Shown here in pieces: positions 1-9,885 of a stretch of 64,000 bases of DNA. How positions within the stretch are numbered: position 1 is the stretch's first letter; each line of letters starts with the position of its first letter. Both the position numbers and the translations under genes were made by a program. Source of the DNA: Bacillota bacterium (lineage in GTDB: Bacteria > Bacillota > JAAYKD01); the NCBI GenBank assembly GCA_963666425.2, contig OY762825.2:1760001-1824000 (forward strand), in the 5' to 3' direction. A model generated the notes under the pieces. That model worked only from the letters and a program-made list of their open reading frames with translations. It ran no database searches and was not told where the DNA came from.

Positions 1-76
1 GGAGCTTGAGCTAAGAGATTAAGCGGACTTTCTGAATCAAAGCAATTCTTGCAATGAGAAAATAGGAGGAAAATAA

Positions 77-3000
77 ATGAGGAGACGAATAGTACCCGTT
101 TTACTGACCCTGTTGATGGTAATCGCCATGTTTTCAACGACAGTGCTGGCAGCGGAATTCTCTGATATGCCAAATGATTGGTCAACGGCAGCTTTGGAAA
201 AAGCAGTTGAAAATGGGCTGATCGTAGGTGATAATGGTCATATACGAGCCGGAGATCATTTGACAAGAGCTCAGATGGCCGCAATTGTAAATAGAGCATT
301 CGGTACGACGGAAATGGTCGCTATTGATCAATTTACTGATGTGGAAATCGGAGCCTGGTATTATGATGATATGGCAAAAGCCGTTCAAATGAAAACTTTC
401 GTTGGGGATGGCAATAAGCTTTATCCAGAAAATCCAATTACAAGGGAAGAAGCGTTTGCTGTTCTTGCGAGAGCCCTGAAGTTAACGGGAGCAAGCAGCG
501 ACAAATTGGATGTTTTTTCGGATAAAACTTCAATAAGTGAATGGGCACTTGATGAAGTAGCTTCGTTGGCTTCTGCGGGATATGTGAATGGATCCAATGG
601 CAGAATCTTAGCGAAAGACTTTATTACAAGAGCAGAATTTGCGCAGTTAATGGATAATTTAGTCAGCCACTATATTACAAAAGCTGCTACTTACACAGAG
701 AATTACAGTGGAAATGTTATGGTCAATGTACCTGGCGTTATTTTAAAGAATTTAACCATTACAGGTGATTTGATCATTGGTGATGGCGTTGGTAATGGAG
801 AAGTAACTCTGGATGGGGTTACGGTAACCGGACGCACTCTGGTTCGCGGCGGCGGAGAAAATTCAGTGAAACTGCTTAATAATTCTAATTTGCAGAATAT
901 TATTATCGCACGTGTCGACGGTGTGGTCAGAATCTATGCGGAAGATGGAACCGAAATTGGCGAAACTACGATCGATGGATCTGATAATGTAACCTTGGAA
1001 GGCAATTTTGGCACGATCACGTTATTAGCGAATGATGTAACTGTTACCGCAACCAATGCCAATATTGAAGCCGCGACAATTGACGGTGATAATTCTCAAA
1101 TTATCGTTGGAGCTACCTCAAACATCGGAACCGTAACCATGAATTCAAATGATGCTACTCTTGAAGTTATGGGTGCAGTGACTACTGTTTTATCTACAGA
1201 GACTGCTCAAAATTCGACGATTATTGCATCAGAAAATGCGACAATCGAATCGATTACAGCGAACAGTGAGAGTTCAGTCCAAGGGAATGGCACAGTTACG
1301 AACGTTACCGCAAATGCAGCAGTAACGGTTGAAACTCAAAATACCACTGTGACAGTTGGCGAGAATTTATCCGGAATTCTGATTAATGGTGAAGAAGTTG
1401 CTGCAGGGGAAGCAATAGTGACACCTGGAGAATTACCGCCTGTAATTGTACCTACAACTCCTATTGAAGAACCGGAACAAATCGTTTATATTCATGCAAG
1501 TATGGTGCCAACCGGCTTAACAGGGATTCATAATAATAAGATATACCAGGAATTCCAATTAAAGGTTGGTACAACAGTTATTGATCTGAGTGCGACCAGT
1601 GTTGCAAGCATTAGAGTTATTAAGCCTGGTACAATTGTCGCTGCAACATTGACACCGGATACAGACAGCACCTTATGGTTCAATGTACAGAATGTGACCG
1701 GCGAATATTCTTACCTTGTTACTGATCGAACCGGTAAAAATTACGAAGCCACCTTAGCCTGGACAGCACCGCTTACAGTAAACGCAGCGGCAACCGGTTT
1801 ATCCGGAGAGCACGAAAGCATATTCTATGCAGAATATAGCTTAGGAGCTCTGAATCTCTCCAGCTTTGATGCGATGTATGAAATCAAAGCGGATGGAAGC
1901 GTTGTTGCTCTGACAGCCAACACGGACACGAACCTCTGGTTTAATGTAGGAAGCCCATTGGGATCTTACAGCTTCCTCATAAAACAAGGCAATGTCTGGA
2001 GCCAGGCAGTGATTGAACAGACACCGATCGCAGCGAATCTGGTAACAACCAACTTAACCGGAATTCACAATAATAAGGTATATCAGGAATTCCAATTAAA
2101 GGTTGGTACCACCGTTATTGATCTGAGCGCAGCCAACATAACAAGCCTTACTGTATTAAAACCGGGTGAAACCACAGTCACCACCCTCACACCGGACACA
2201 GACAGCACTTTATGGTTCAATGTGCAGAACGCAGCCGGTAATCATGTATTCACCGTTGTTGACACGCTAGGCAGAACCTATACAGCAACCTTAGTCTGGA
2301 CAGTACCTGCAGCGGTCAACGCAGTAGCAACCGGTTTATCCGGAGAGCACGAAGGCGTATTCTATGCAGAATATAGCTTAGGAGCTCTGAATCTCTCCAG
2401 CTTTGATGCGATGTATGAAATCAAACCGGATGGCAGTATTGTAGCTCTGACGGCCAACACAGACACGAACCTCTGGTTTAATGTAGGAAGCCCATTGGGA
2501 TCTTATACCTTCCTCGTAAAACAAGGCAATGTCTGGAGCCAGGCAGTGATTGAACAGGCCCCGATCGCAGCGAATCTGGTAACAACCAACTTAACCGGAA
2601 TTCATAGCAATAAGGTATATCAGGAATTCCAATTAAAGGTTGGTACCACCGTTATTGATCTGAGCGCGGCCAACGTGGCAAGTCTGACCGTATTAAAACC
2701 GGGTGAAACCACAGCCACCACCCTGACACCGGATACGGACAGCACCTTATGGTTCAATGTGCAGAATGCAGCCGGTAATCATGTATTCACCGTTGTTGAC
2801 ACGCTAGGCAGAACCTATACAGCAACCTTAGTCTGGACAGTACCTGCAGTGGTTAACGCGGCGGCAACCGGTTTATCCGGAGAACACGAAGGCGTATTCT
2901 ATGCGGAATATAGCTTAGGAGCTCTGAATCTCTCCAGCTTTGACGCGATGTATGAAATCAAAGCGGATGGAAGCGTTGTAGCTCTGACAGCCAACACAGA

Positions 3001-4714
3001 CACCAACCTCTGGTTTAATGTAGGAAGTCCATTGGGATCTTACACCTTCCTCGTAAAACAAGGCAATGTCTGGAGCCAGGCAGTGATCGAACAGACACCG
3101 ATCGCAGCGAATCTGGTAACAACCAACTTAACAGGAATTCACAATAATAAGGTATATCAGGAATTCCAATTAAAGGTTGGTACCACCGTTATTGATCTGA
3201 GCGCAGCCAACATAACAAGCCTTACTGTATTAAAACCGGGTGAAACCACAGTCACCACCCTCACACCGGACACAGACAGCACTTTATGGTTCAATGTGCA
3301 GAACGCAGCCGGTAATCATGTATTCACCGTTGTTGACACGCTAGGCAGAACCTATACGGCCACTTTAGCCTGGACAGCACCGCTTACAGTAAACGCAGCG
3401 GCAACCGGTTTATCCGGAGAGCACGAAAGCATATTCTATGCAGAATATAGCTTAGGAGCTCTGAATCTCTCCAGCTTTGATGCGATGTATGAAATCAAAG
3501 CGGATGGAAGCGTTGTTGCTCTGACAGCCAACACGGACACGAACCTCTGGTTTAATGTAGGAAGCCCATTGGGATCTTACAGCTTCCTCGTAAAACAAGG
3601 CAATGTCTGGAGCCAGGCAGTGATTGAACAGACACCGATCGCAGCGAATCTGGTAACAACCAACTTAACCGGAATTCACAATAATAAGGTATATCAGGAA
3701 TTCCAATTAAAGGTTGGTACCACCGTTATTGATCTGAGCGCAGCCAACATAACAAGCCTTACTGTATTAAAACCGGGTGAAACCACAGTCACCACCCTCA
3801 CACCGGACACAGACAGCACTTTATGGTTCAATGTGCAGAACGCAGCCGGTAATCATGTATTCACCGTTGTTGACACGCTAGGCAGAACCTATACAGCAAC
3901 CTTAGTCTGGACAGTACCTGCAGCGGTCAACGCAGTAGCAACCGGTTTATCCGGAGAGCACGAAGGCGTATTCTATGCAGAATATAGCTTAGGAGCTCTG
4001 AATCTCTCCAGCTTTGATGCGATGTATGAAATCAAACCGGATGGCAGTATTGTAGCTCTGACGGCCAACACAGACACGAACCTCTGGTTTAATGTAGGAA
4101 GCCCATTGGGATCTTATACCTTCCTCGTAAAACAAGGCAATGTCTGGAGCCAGGCAGTGATTGAACAGGCCCCGATCGCAGCGAATCTGGTAACAACCAA
4201 CTTAACCGGAATTCATAGCAATAAGGTATATCAGGAATTCCAATTAAAGGTTGGTACCACCGTTATTGATCTGAGCGCGGCCAACGTGGCAAGTCTGACC
4301 GTATTAAAGCCGGGTGAAACCACAGCCACCACCCTCATACCGGATACGGACAGCACCTTATGGTTCAATGTGCAGAATGCAGCCGGTAATCATGTATTCA
4401 CTGTCGTTGACAATTACGGCAAAACCTACGAAGCCACCTTGGTCTGGACAGCGCCGGTAATGGTAACCGTAGAGGAAACTGGTCGGTCAGGAGAACACGA
4501 AGGCATATTATATGCAGAATGTACCTTGGGCACTCTGGATCTCTCCAGCTTTGATGCGATGTATGAAATCAAACCGGATGGAAGCGTTGTTGCTCTGACA
4601 GCCAACACAGATACCAACCTCTGGTTTAATCAAAGTAGTCCTGTGGGAGTCTACATCTTCCTTGTAAAACAAGGCAGTGTATGGAGCGAGGCAGTAATAG
4701 ATCTTAATAACTAG
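77..4714 (+). CDS. SLH-anchored surface protein with beta-rich middle region and C-terminal tandem repeats (1545 aa)
   Basis: RBS AGGAGG, signal peptide (..VLA/AE), three N-terminal SLH motifs (LTRAQMA, ITREEAF, ITRAEFA), GDLIIGDGVGNGEVTLDGV..GGGENS region, six 179-aa repeats. Confidence 0.9.
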   Translation: MRRRIVPVLLTLLMVIAMFSTTVLAAEFSDMPNDWSTAALEKAVENGLIVGDNGHIRAGDHLTRAQMAAIVNRAFGTTEMVAIDQFTDVEIGAWYYDDMAKAVQMKTFVGDGNKLYPENPITREEAFAVLARALKLTGASSDKLDVFSDKTSISEWALDEVASLASAGYVNGSNGRILAKDFITRAEFAQLMDNLVSHYITKAATYTENYSGNVMVNVPGVILKNLTITGDLIIGDGVGNGEVTLDGVTVTGRTLVRGGGENSVKLLNNSNLQNIIIARVDGVVRIYAEDGTEIGETTIDGSDNVTLEGNFGTITLLANDVTVTATNANIEAATIDGDNSQIIVGATSNIGTVTMNSNDATLEVMGAVTTVLSTETAQNSTIIASENATIESITANSESSVQGNGTVTNVTANAAVTVETQNTTVTVGENLSGILINGEEVAAGEAIVTPGELPPVIVPTTPIEEPEQIVYIHASMVPTGLTGIHNNKIYQEFQLKVGTTVIDLSATSVASIRVIKPGTIVAATLTPDTDSTLWFNVQNVTGEYSYLVTDRTGKNYEATLAWTAPLTVNAAATGLSGEHESIFYAEYSLGALNLSSFDAMYEIKADGSVVALTANTDTNLWFNVGSPLGSYSFLIKQGNVWSQAVIEQTPIAANLVTTNLTGIHNNKVYQEFQLKVGTTVIDLSAANITSLTVLKPGETTVTTLTPDTDSTLWFNVQNAAGNHVFTVVDTLGRTYTATLVWTVPAAVNAVATGLSGEHEGVFYAEYSLGALNLSSFDAMYEIKPDGSIVALTANTDTNLWFNVGSPLGSYTFLVKQGNVWSQAVIEQAPIAANLVTTNLTGIHSNKVYQEFQLKVGTTVIDLSAANVASLTVLKPGETTATTLTPDTDSTLWFNVQNAAGNHVFTVVDTLGRTYTATLVWTVPAVVNAAATGLSGEHEGVFYAEYSLGALNLSSFDAMYEIKADGSVVALTANTDTNLWFNVGSPLGSYTFLVKQGNVWSQAVIEQTPIAANLVTTNLTGIHNNKVYQEFQLKVGTTVIDLSAANITSLTVLKPGETTVTTLTPDTDSTLWFNVQNAAGNHVFTVVDTLGRTYTATLAWTAPLTVNAAATGLSGEHESIFYAEYSLGALNLSSFDAMYEIKADGSVVALTANTDTNLWFNVGSPLGSYSFLVKQGNVWSQAVIEQTPIAANLVTTNLTGIHNNKVYQEFQLKVGTTVIDLSAANITSLTVLKPGETTVTTLTPDTDSTLWFNVQNAAGNHVFTVVDTLGRTYTATLVWTVPAAVNAVATGLSGEHEGVFYAEYSLGALNLSSFDAMYEIKPDGSIVALTANTDTNLWFNVGSPLGSYTFLVKQGNVWSQAVIEQAPIAANLVTTNLTGIHSNKVYQEFQLKVGTTVIDLSAANVASLTVLKPGETTATTLIPDTDSTLWFNVQNAAGNHVFTVVDNYGKTYEATLVWTAPVMVTVEETGRSGEHEGILYAECTLGTLDLSSFDAMYEIKPDGSVVALTANTDTNLWFNQSSPVGVYIFLVKQGSVWSEAVIDLNN
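1478..4700 (+). repeat. Intragenic tandem repeat, 537-bp unit, about 6 copies
   Basis: Junction GAACAG(a/g)C(a/c)CCGATCGCAGCGAATCTGG recurs at 2015, 2552, 3089, 3626, 4163 (period 537); first and last units diverged, so outer boundaries are approximate. Confidence 0.95.
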
Positions 4715-4847
4715 TTTAAACAAGATAAAGTTTCTATTTCGCGAACCGTCCTTTTCCGATGTAATAGAAAAACGGATAAGCAAGAGACTGTTCAAGCGGA
4801 AATCTTCTCTTGTTCGCTTTTGAATCATGGAGAATGAACTAGATATG

Positions 4848-4884
4848 AAAAAATCGCCTTTCAGAAAATGAAAGGCGATTTTTT
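4848..4884. terminator. Bidirectional intrinsic terminator
   Basis: AAAAAATCGCCTTTCA-GAAAA-TGAAAGGCGATTTTTT between convergent genes. Confidence 0.85.
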
Positions 4885-4921
4885 AATTCCAGTATTTGAA
4901 ATGAGATAGTTGAATGATCAA

Positions 4922-6097
4922 TCAATTATCAATACTCGTGATGTATGCTCTGATTTTTTGCACGATTTCTGCCATGTAAGTTTTACCGATGGAAGCAAAA
5001 CCAGAATTGGGATAATCCTCACATAAACTAGATTCCAGTCCGTTCAGGAAATCAGCGCATTCCTTGAGGAAGCCGGCTGGCATATTTTCGCGATTGGTTT
5101 TTCTGGCAGTTAGGACGAGCAACTTCCAGAAATTCATCTCGTTCTCACCCCATTGATTGACATAGTCATAGGTATGCTTACGCAGGGTGCTTGCTTGGGC
5201 GATTTCTTTAGCGGCATGATAACCATCCAAGCCGATTTCAATCTGACAATCTTTCATGGCGGTATCAAGCAATCTGGCACGCTCGGTTGAATTGCAGCTG
5301 CATTTTTCAAAAAATGTAGTAAGCAAGCCTACGCCAAAATAATCAAAGGTTGAGCAGAGATCTTTCTCATCCAACAAGCATTTGTCGGTAGCGGATGTAA
5401 GGATCTTTCTCATTCGTTGATAGTGTTCCGGATAAGTGATTTCCCCCAACAATTCTATATTGAAGTGCGGTAAGGTTCGGCATTTCTCAGCTTGGCTTTT
5501 GACAGCCAGAAGGAAATCATCACAGAGGGTCGTGGCGGTTCCGCAGCTTAATTCACCCAAAACAGAAAATCGCATCGTGATCGCCGCAAACTCATTCATA
5601 AGTTCAGCTAAAGTGGCCTCTTCTTCTGCTTTGGCTTGGATATTCTGCAAGAAATTCTGCCAGAATGAACCGCTGGAATGATCTATGATGCCGACCAGGT
5701 TTTCAATTTGTTTTCTTGTTGGATTATCTGAACCAGCTGCTGCAACGAAATCATATTTACTGAAACCCAGGCAGCCTGCTTCCCTGAAATAAATGTCAAT
5801 TGCCTTCTCCTGCTCTGCTGTAGGTGGGGTGCCTTGGGTCTGGAGCACTTTTAAAAAGGCATAGGCCGGCAGCAGTTTTCTGCCCTGCGAAATCTCAGCC
5901 GGAATATAGGCAGTATTTATTTGTTCGGCAGTGTCAAGGATCTGGTTGCTGATATCTTTGCTCTCGTCTGAGATTTCCGCTATCGTTTTCAAGATAAAGC
6001 ATGAAGCTTTCTTTTTTGCCCGGTTTTCGTTTTTATAAAAATCCCGAATTCTTGAGGATGTGCTGATGGTTAATTCATCCCAAAATTGATTTTCCAT
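4922..6097 (-). CDS. Hypothetical protein (391 aa, predicted helical, cytoplasmic)
   Basis: Long ORF with AAGGAGG RBS and its own sigmaA-like promoter; no family recognised. Confidence 0.75.
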   Translation of the reverse strand: MENQFWDELTISTSSRIRDFYKNENRAKKKASCFILKTIAEISDESKDISNQILDTAEQINTAYIPAEISQGRKLLPAYAFLKVLQTQGTPPTAEQEKAIDIYFREAGCLGFSKYDFVAAAGSDNPTRKQIENLVGIIDHSSGSFWQNFLQNIQAKAEEEATLAELMNEFAAITMRFSVLGELSCGTATTLCDDFLLAVKSQAEKCRTLPHFNIELLGEITYPEHYQRMRKILTSATDKCLLDEKDLCSTFDYFGVGLLTTFFEKCSCNSTERARLLDTAMKDCQIEIGLDGYHAAKEIAQASTLRKHTYDYVNQWGENEMNFWKLLVLTARKTNRENMPAGFLKECADFLNGLESSLCEDYPNSGFASIGKTYMAEIVQKIRAYITSIDN

Positions 6098-6202
6098 TTT
6101 TAGAGCCTCCTTAGCAGATCGGATTTGAAATTCACCTGCATATAGATTGACTAATACGGCAGATCGAAATTTAACGGGACATGCGCCATTGGAATTAATT
6201 TG

Positions 6203-6231
6203 ATATTAACAGATGTAATATGATTTGTCAA
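6203..6231 (-). promoter_or_regulatory. sigmaA-type promoter for the hypothetical gene
   Basis: Minus strand TTGACA-17 nt-TAATAT with TG extension. Confidence 0.55.
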
Positions 6232-6375
6232 GCATAGTATTAGGAAATAATACCTTATATATGCCGCTTTTAATTTTATGTAATATATTATATAAAGAAA
6301 TACATGGATCAGTTGTATCACAATATTAAGTTGATCTTATAAGTAAATTGCCTTGAAAATACGTTTCTAGCTAGA

Positions 6376-6420
6376 AAAAGCCTGCTTTTTGACCTTGGCA
6401 GGGTCAGAAAGCAGGCTTTT
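6376..6420 (-). terminator. Intrinsic terminator after the amidohydrolase pair
   Basis: AAAAGCCTGCTTTTTGACCTT-GGC-AGGGTCAGAAAGCAGGCTTTT hairpin. Confidence 0.8.
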
Positions 6421-6475
6421 AATGAATTGATGTGCAACAAAATGGCATGATGAAAGCGCAGCTGCAGTGGTTTGC

Positions 6476-7768
6476 TTAGTTTTTCAGCTGTCCCCATTCA
6501 CGCAAGTATTGTTCTTTGGTCATCGGAGCATGGAAGGATTCCTTCACTTTAATACCATTGGCAGCGCCATCGGCTAAGAGATCGATTACGGTCATGACCA
6601 TCGCTTTGGTGGCGGTGATGTATGCCAGGTTTTTGTCCTCAATTTCATAGTGAGAGCTATGTCCAATGCCGGCAGCTCCGCCAAAGGTAGCATGAACTGT
6701 TGGCATCAGGTTTGATACATCGCTGGCATCGGTAGTAAAGCCCATACCGGGTTTGATTTTGTCGGCTGGGACAAGCTGCTGCAGGTTTTTTTCAAATAGA
6801 GATTTATAGAAAGGCTCCTCAACCGACAGCATATAGCCGGGGATGTCGTAAATCTTAACTTCAGCACCCAAGGCGTCTGCTCCGGCTTTGAGGGCTCGAT
6901 TGACCTTGAAGCTGGCATCTTTGATGGCATCATAACTGCGGGCACGGACGAAGGTTTCAATGTGAACATCGGCCGGTACCACATTAACCAGGTTGCCGCC
7001 TTTGGTGATGATGGGGTGCACGCGCACGCCGTCTTCATCTTTAAAGGTATCACGGATGGCATCAATCGCGGTCAAGCCAAGTTTAGCAGCACTGAGGGCG
7101 TTGATCCCCTGGTCCGGACTGGCTGCATGTGCCTCTTTGCCAATGTAATGCACAATTTTCGCCACAAAGCCCATCCCGCCGGGACCGCCGGACGTCACAG
7201 TATCACCGATCATGGTATGCTGCATCATCATGATGTCGATGTTGTCAAAAAGCCCGAGTTTGATGAATTCCTGTTTCCCGCCTAAAAATGAGATTTTACC
7301 GGCTTGAATCAGGCTGTTGCGATATTCCAGTTCGACCGCTTCTTCGGAAGGCACCGCCATAAAGACGACATCGCCGGAAAGATCGATCATTACGCCGCTT
7401 TCTTTCAATGCCATGGCAACGCCCAGCATGGTGGCAATTTGAGCAAAATGACCGCAGGAATGAGCCGCACCGGTGAGTGGGTCGGCGCAGCGATGCCCGG
7501 GGGCGACAACGGCATCGAGTTCTCCCATCACAGCGACTTTAATCTTGGATTCCTTCCCTTTAGCGGTGGCGATGACGCCGGTGATGGCATGTCCATCGGT
7601 GTAGCAATAACCGAGATCACGGAAGACTCGTTTGACTTTTTCAGCGGTCTTGAATTCTTTGTAGCCGAGTTCCGGTTCGGCAAAGATCGATTCGCCAATC
7701 GCAATAATTCGGTCGGCATTTTGATCAACGGCAGCCAAAGCGCGGTTTTTTAATTCCTGTAATTCCAT
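6476..7768 (-). CDS. M20 family amidohydrolase (copy 2)
   Basis: PELGYKE, GELDA, HSCGH, PSEE, HAA, GGNLVNVVP motifs; start moved to MELQELK (7768) with RBS GAAAGGAAG, matching the paralog. Confidence 0.9.
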   Translation of the reverse strand: MELQELKNRALAAVDQNADRIIAIGESIFAEPELGYKEFKTAEKVKRVFRDLGYCYTDGHAITGVIATAKGKESKIKVAVMGELDAVVAPGHRCADPLTGAAHSCGHFAQIATMLGVAMALKESGVMIDLSGDVVFMAVPSEEAVELEYRNSLIQAGKISFLGGKQEFIKLGLFDNIDIMMMQHTMIGDTVTSGGPGGMGFVAKIVHYIGKEAHAASPDQGINALSAAKLGLTAIDAIRDTFKDEDGVRVHPIITKGGNLVNVVPADVHIETFVRARSYDAIKDASFKVNRALKAGADALGAEVKIYDIPGYMLSVEEPFYKSLFEKNLQQLVPADKIKPGMGFTTDASDVSNLMPTVHATFGGAAGIGHSSHYEIEDKNLAYITATKAMVMTVIDLLADGAANGIKVKESFHAPMTKEQYLREWGQLKN

Positions 7769-7794
7769 TTTAGGCTTCCTTTCTGATTGCAAGC

Positions 7795-9087
7795 TTAAAC
7801 GTTGAGTTTGCACCATTCCTTGAGGTACTGTTCTTTCGTCATGGGAGCTTTGAATTCGGCTTTGACTTTTAAAGCGTTGGCTGCACCATTGGCCAGTAAA
7901 TCCACGATGGTCATTGCCATCATTTTAGCTGCCACGATGTAAGCTAACTCTGGTTTTTCAATCTCGTAATTGGAGCTGTGCGCAATTCCGACTGCTCCGC
8001 CGACGGTAGCATGCACGGTGGGTAGGAGATTTGAGATATCATTGGCATCCGTCGTGAAGCCCATACCGGGGACGATGTTTTCTTCACCGACCAATGTTTT
8101 GAAATTATCATGGACCAAGGCTTTGAGCGCCGGCGATTCTACGGCAAACATATAGCCGGGAATATCGTAAATTTTTACTTCGGCGCCTAAGGCATCGGCT
8201 CCGGCTTTGAGGGCGCGGTTGACTTTAAAGCTGGCATCTTCAATCGCAGGCAGATTGCGGCCGCGCACGAAAGTTTCCAAACGCACATCGGCGGGGACCA
8301 CATTGACCAGATTACCGCCTTTGGTAATGATCGGATGTACCCGAATACCGTCTTCATCTTTAAAGGTATCGCGCACGGCATCAATGGCAGTGAGTCCAAG
8401 CTTGGCGGCGTTCAGTGCATTAATCCCTTGAGAAGGGCTGGCAGCATGCGATTCTTTGCCGATGTAGTGGATGATTTTCGCGACAAAACCCATACCGCCG
8501 GGTCCGCCGGCCGTGACTTTATCGATGCCCATCGTATGCTGCATGACCATGGCATCGACGTCATCAAATTCACCCAAACGGATGAATTCTTGTTTACCAC
8601 CCAAGAGAGAAATTTTGCCGTCTTTGATCAGCTGATTGCGGAACTCCAGTTCAACCGGTTCTTCTGAAGGAACGGCCATAAAGGCGACTTCGCCGGAAAG
8701 ATCGGAAAGAACACCGGATTTGACAATGCCGTAGGCAGCACCCAGCATAGAAGCGATTTGCACATGGTGGCCGCAGGAATGAGCCGCTCCGGTGACGGGG
8801 TCGGCGCAACGGTGGCCGGGAGCGACGATCGCATCGAGTTCACCCATCACAGCAACTTTTGCTTTCGGCTCTTTCCCTTTGGCAGTGGCGATCACGCCGG
8901 TAATAGCAATACCATCCCTGTAATTCAAACCAAGTTCTGAGAAGACTTTTTTTACTTTTTCGGCTGTTTTGAATTCTTTGTAACCTAATTCCGGTTCAGC
9001 AAAGATGGATTCACCGATACCGATGATTTTGGTGGAGTTTTCGTCAATGGCTTGACAGACCTTGGCTTTTAATTCTTGAATATCCAT
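7795..9087 (-). CDS. M20 family amidohydrolase (copy 1)
   Basis: Same M20D-type motifs; highly similar to the adjacent copy. Confidence 0.9.
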   Translation of the reverse strand: MDIQELKAKVCQAIDENSTKIIGIGESIFAEPELGYKEFKTAEKVKKVFSELGLNYRDGIAITGVIATAKGKEPKAKVAVMGELDAIVAPGHRCADPVTGAAHSCGHHVQIASMLGAAYGIVKSGVLSDLSGEVAFMAVPSEEPVELEFRNQLIKDGKISLLGGKQEFIRLGEFDDVDAMVMQHTMGIDKVTAGGPGGMGFVAKIIHYIGKESHAASPSQGINALNAAKLGLTAIDAVRDTFKDEDGIRVHPIITKGGNLVNVVPADVRLETFVRGRNLPAIEDASFKVNRALKAGADALGAEVKIYDIPGYMFAVESPALKALVHDNFKTLVGEENIVPGMGFTTDANDISNLLPTVHATVGGAVGIAHSSNYEIEKPELAYIVAAKMMAMTIVDLLANGAANALKVKAEFKAPMTKEQYLKEWCKLNV

Positions 9088-9341
9088 TCCTATCAGTTTC
9101 CTTTCCTTATTTCGCTGCTCGTAGTATATCAGGAAAAAGGGTGGTTGCCAATAGGTTTTTTAGGGATGGAAAAGTGCAGCAAGGCGATGGAAATTTCTTT
9201 ATAACACCTTTTTTCTGTTTTCCAAAAGGGAAAATATGTTATAATGTAGTAGTAATTGATCAGGTAATCGGTTGAGCGAGAACAGAGTCCCCAATGCAGT
9301 TGATTACTATTTTTGTAAACTGGATGACAGGAGGTATTCGG

Positions 9342-9809
9342 ATGACGATACGGTATGCAAGCTATGAGGATTATGCACAGGTAGAGAAAATCGCACTGGA
9401 GATACAGCAAATTCATGTGGATTTCCGGCCGGACATTTATAAAGCAGTGGCAGAGGTGATCGGGGCAGAGGCATTTCGGGATTTATCCGCCAAACAAGCG
9501 GTGATTGTGGCAGAAATCGATGGGAAAGTCGTGGGTTATGCGGTTTATTATCTCAGAAACGTCAAGCTGCCGATTATGCACGAGCGAAAAGTATTTTATA
9601 TCGATGCGATTGCGGTGAGTTCGCTGTGCCGTTCGCAGGGGATTGGGACTCAGATGGTTTTCTTCCTGACAGAGATTGCCCGCAGCAACGGCTGCAGCAG
9701 TCTGGAATTGTCGGTCTCTTCGCTGAATCGGGATGCGATCAGATGGTATGAAAAACTGGGTATGCGAACGAAATCAATCTATATGGAAATGAAAATAGAA
9801 TCAAGCTAA
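9342..9809 (+). CDS. GNAT family N-acetyltransferase
   Basis: AGGAGG RBS before MTIRYA; motif A RSQGIGT; AIRWYEKLG. Confidence 0.85.
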   Translation: MTIRYASYEDYAQVEKIALEIQQIHVDFRPDIYKAVAEVIGAEAFRDLSAKQAVIVAEIDGKVVGYAVYYLRNVKLPIMHERKVFYIDAIAVSSLCRSQGIGTQMVFFLTEIARSNGCSSLELSVSSLNRDAIRWYEKLGMRTKSIYMEMKIESS

Positions 9810-9822
9810 TACCGAAAAAAGA

Positions 9823-9865
9823 AAGCGGCGACGACTCATTTCTAAGATTTGAGTCGTCGCCGCTT
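9823..9865. terminator. Terminator hairpin between convergent genes
   Basis: AAGCGGCGACGACTCA..TGAGTCGTCGCCGCTT 16-bp stem. Confidence 0.8.
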
Positions 9866-9885
9866 ATGATACCGGGATATGTTTT

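Noticed and set aside
1478-4700. Repeat array as a diversity-generating retroelement TR/VR pair
   Set aside because: No reverse transcriptase in the window, and the differences are not adenine-specific
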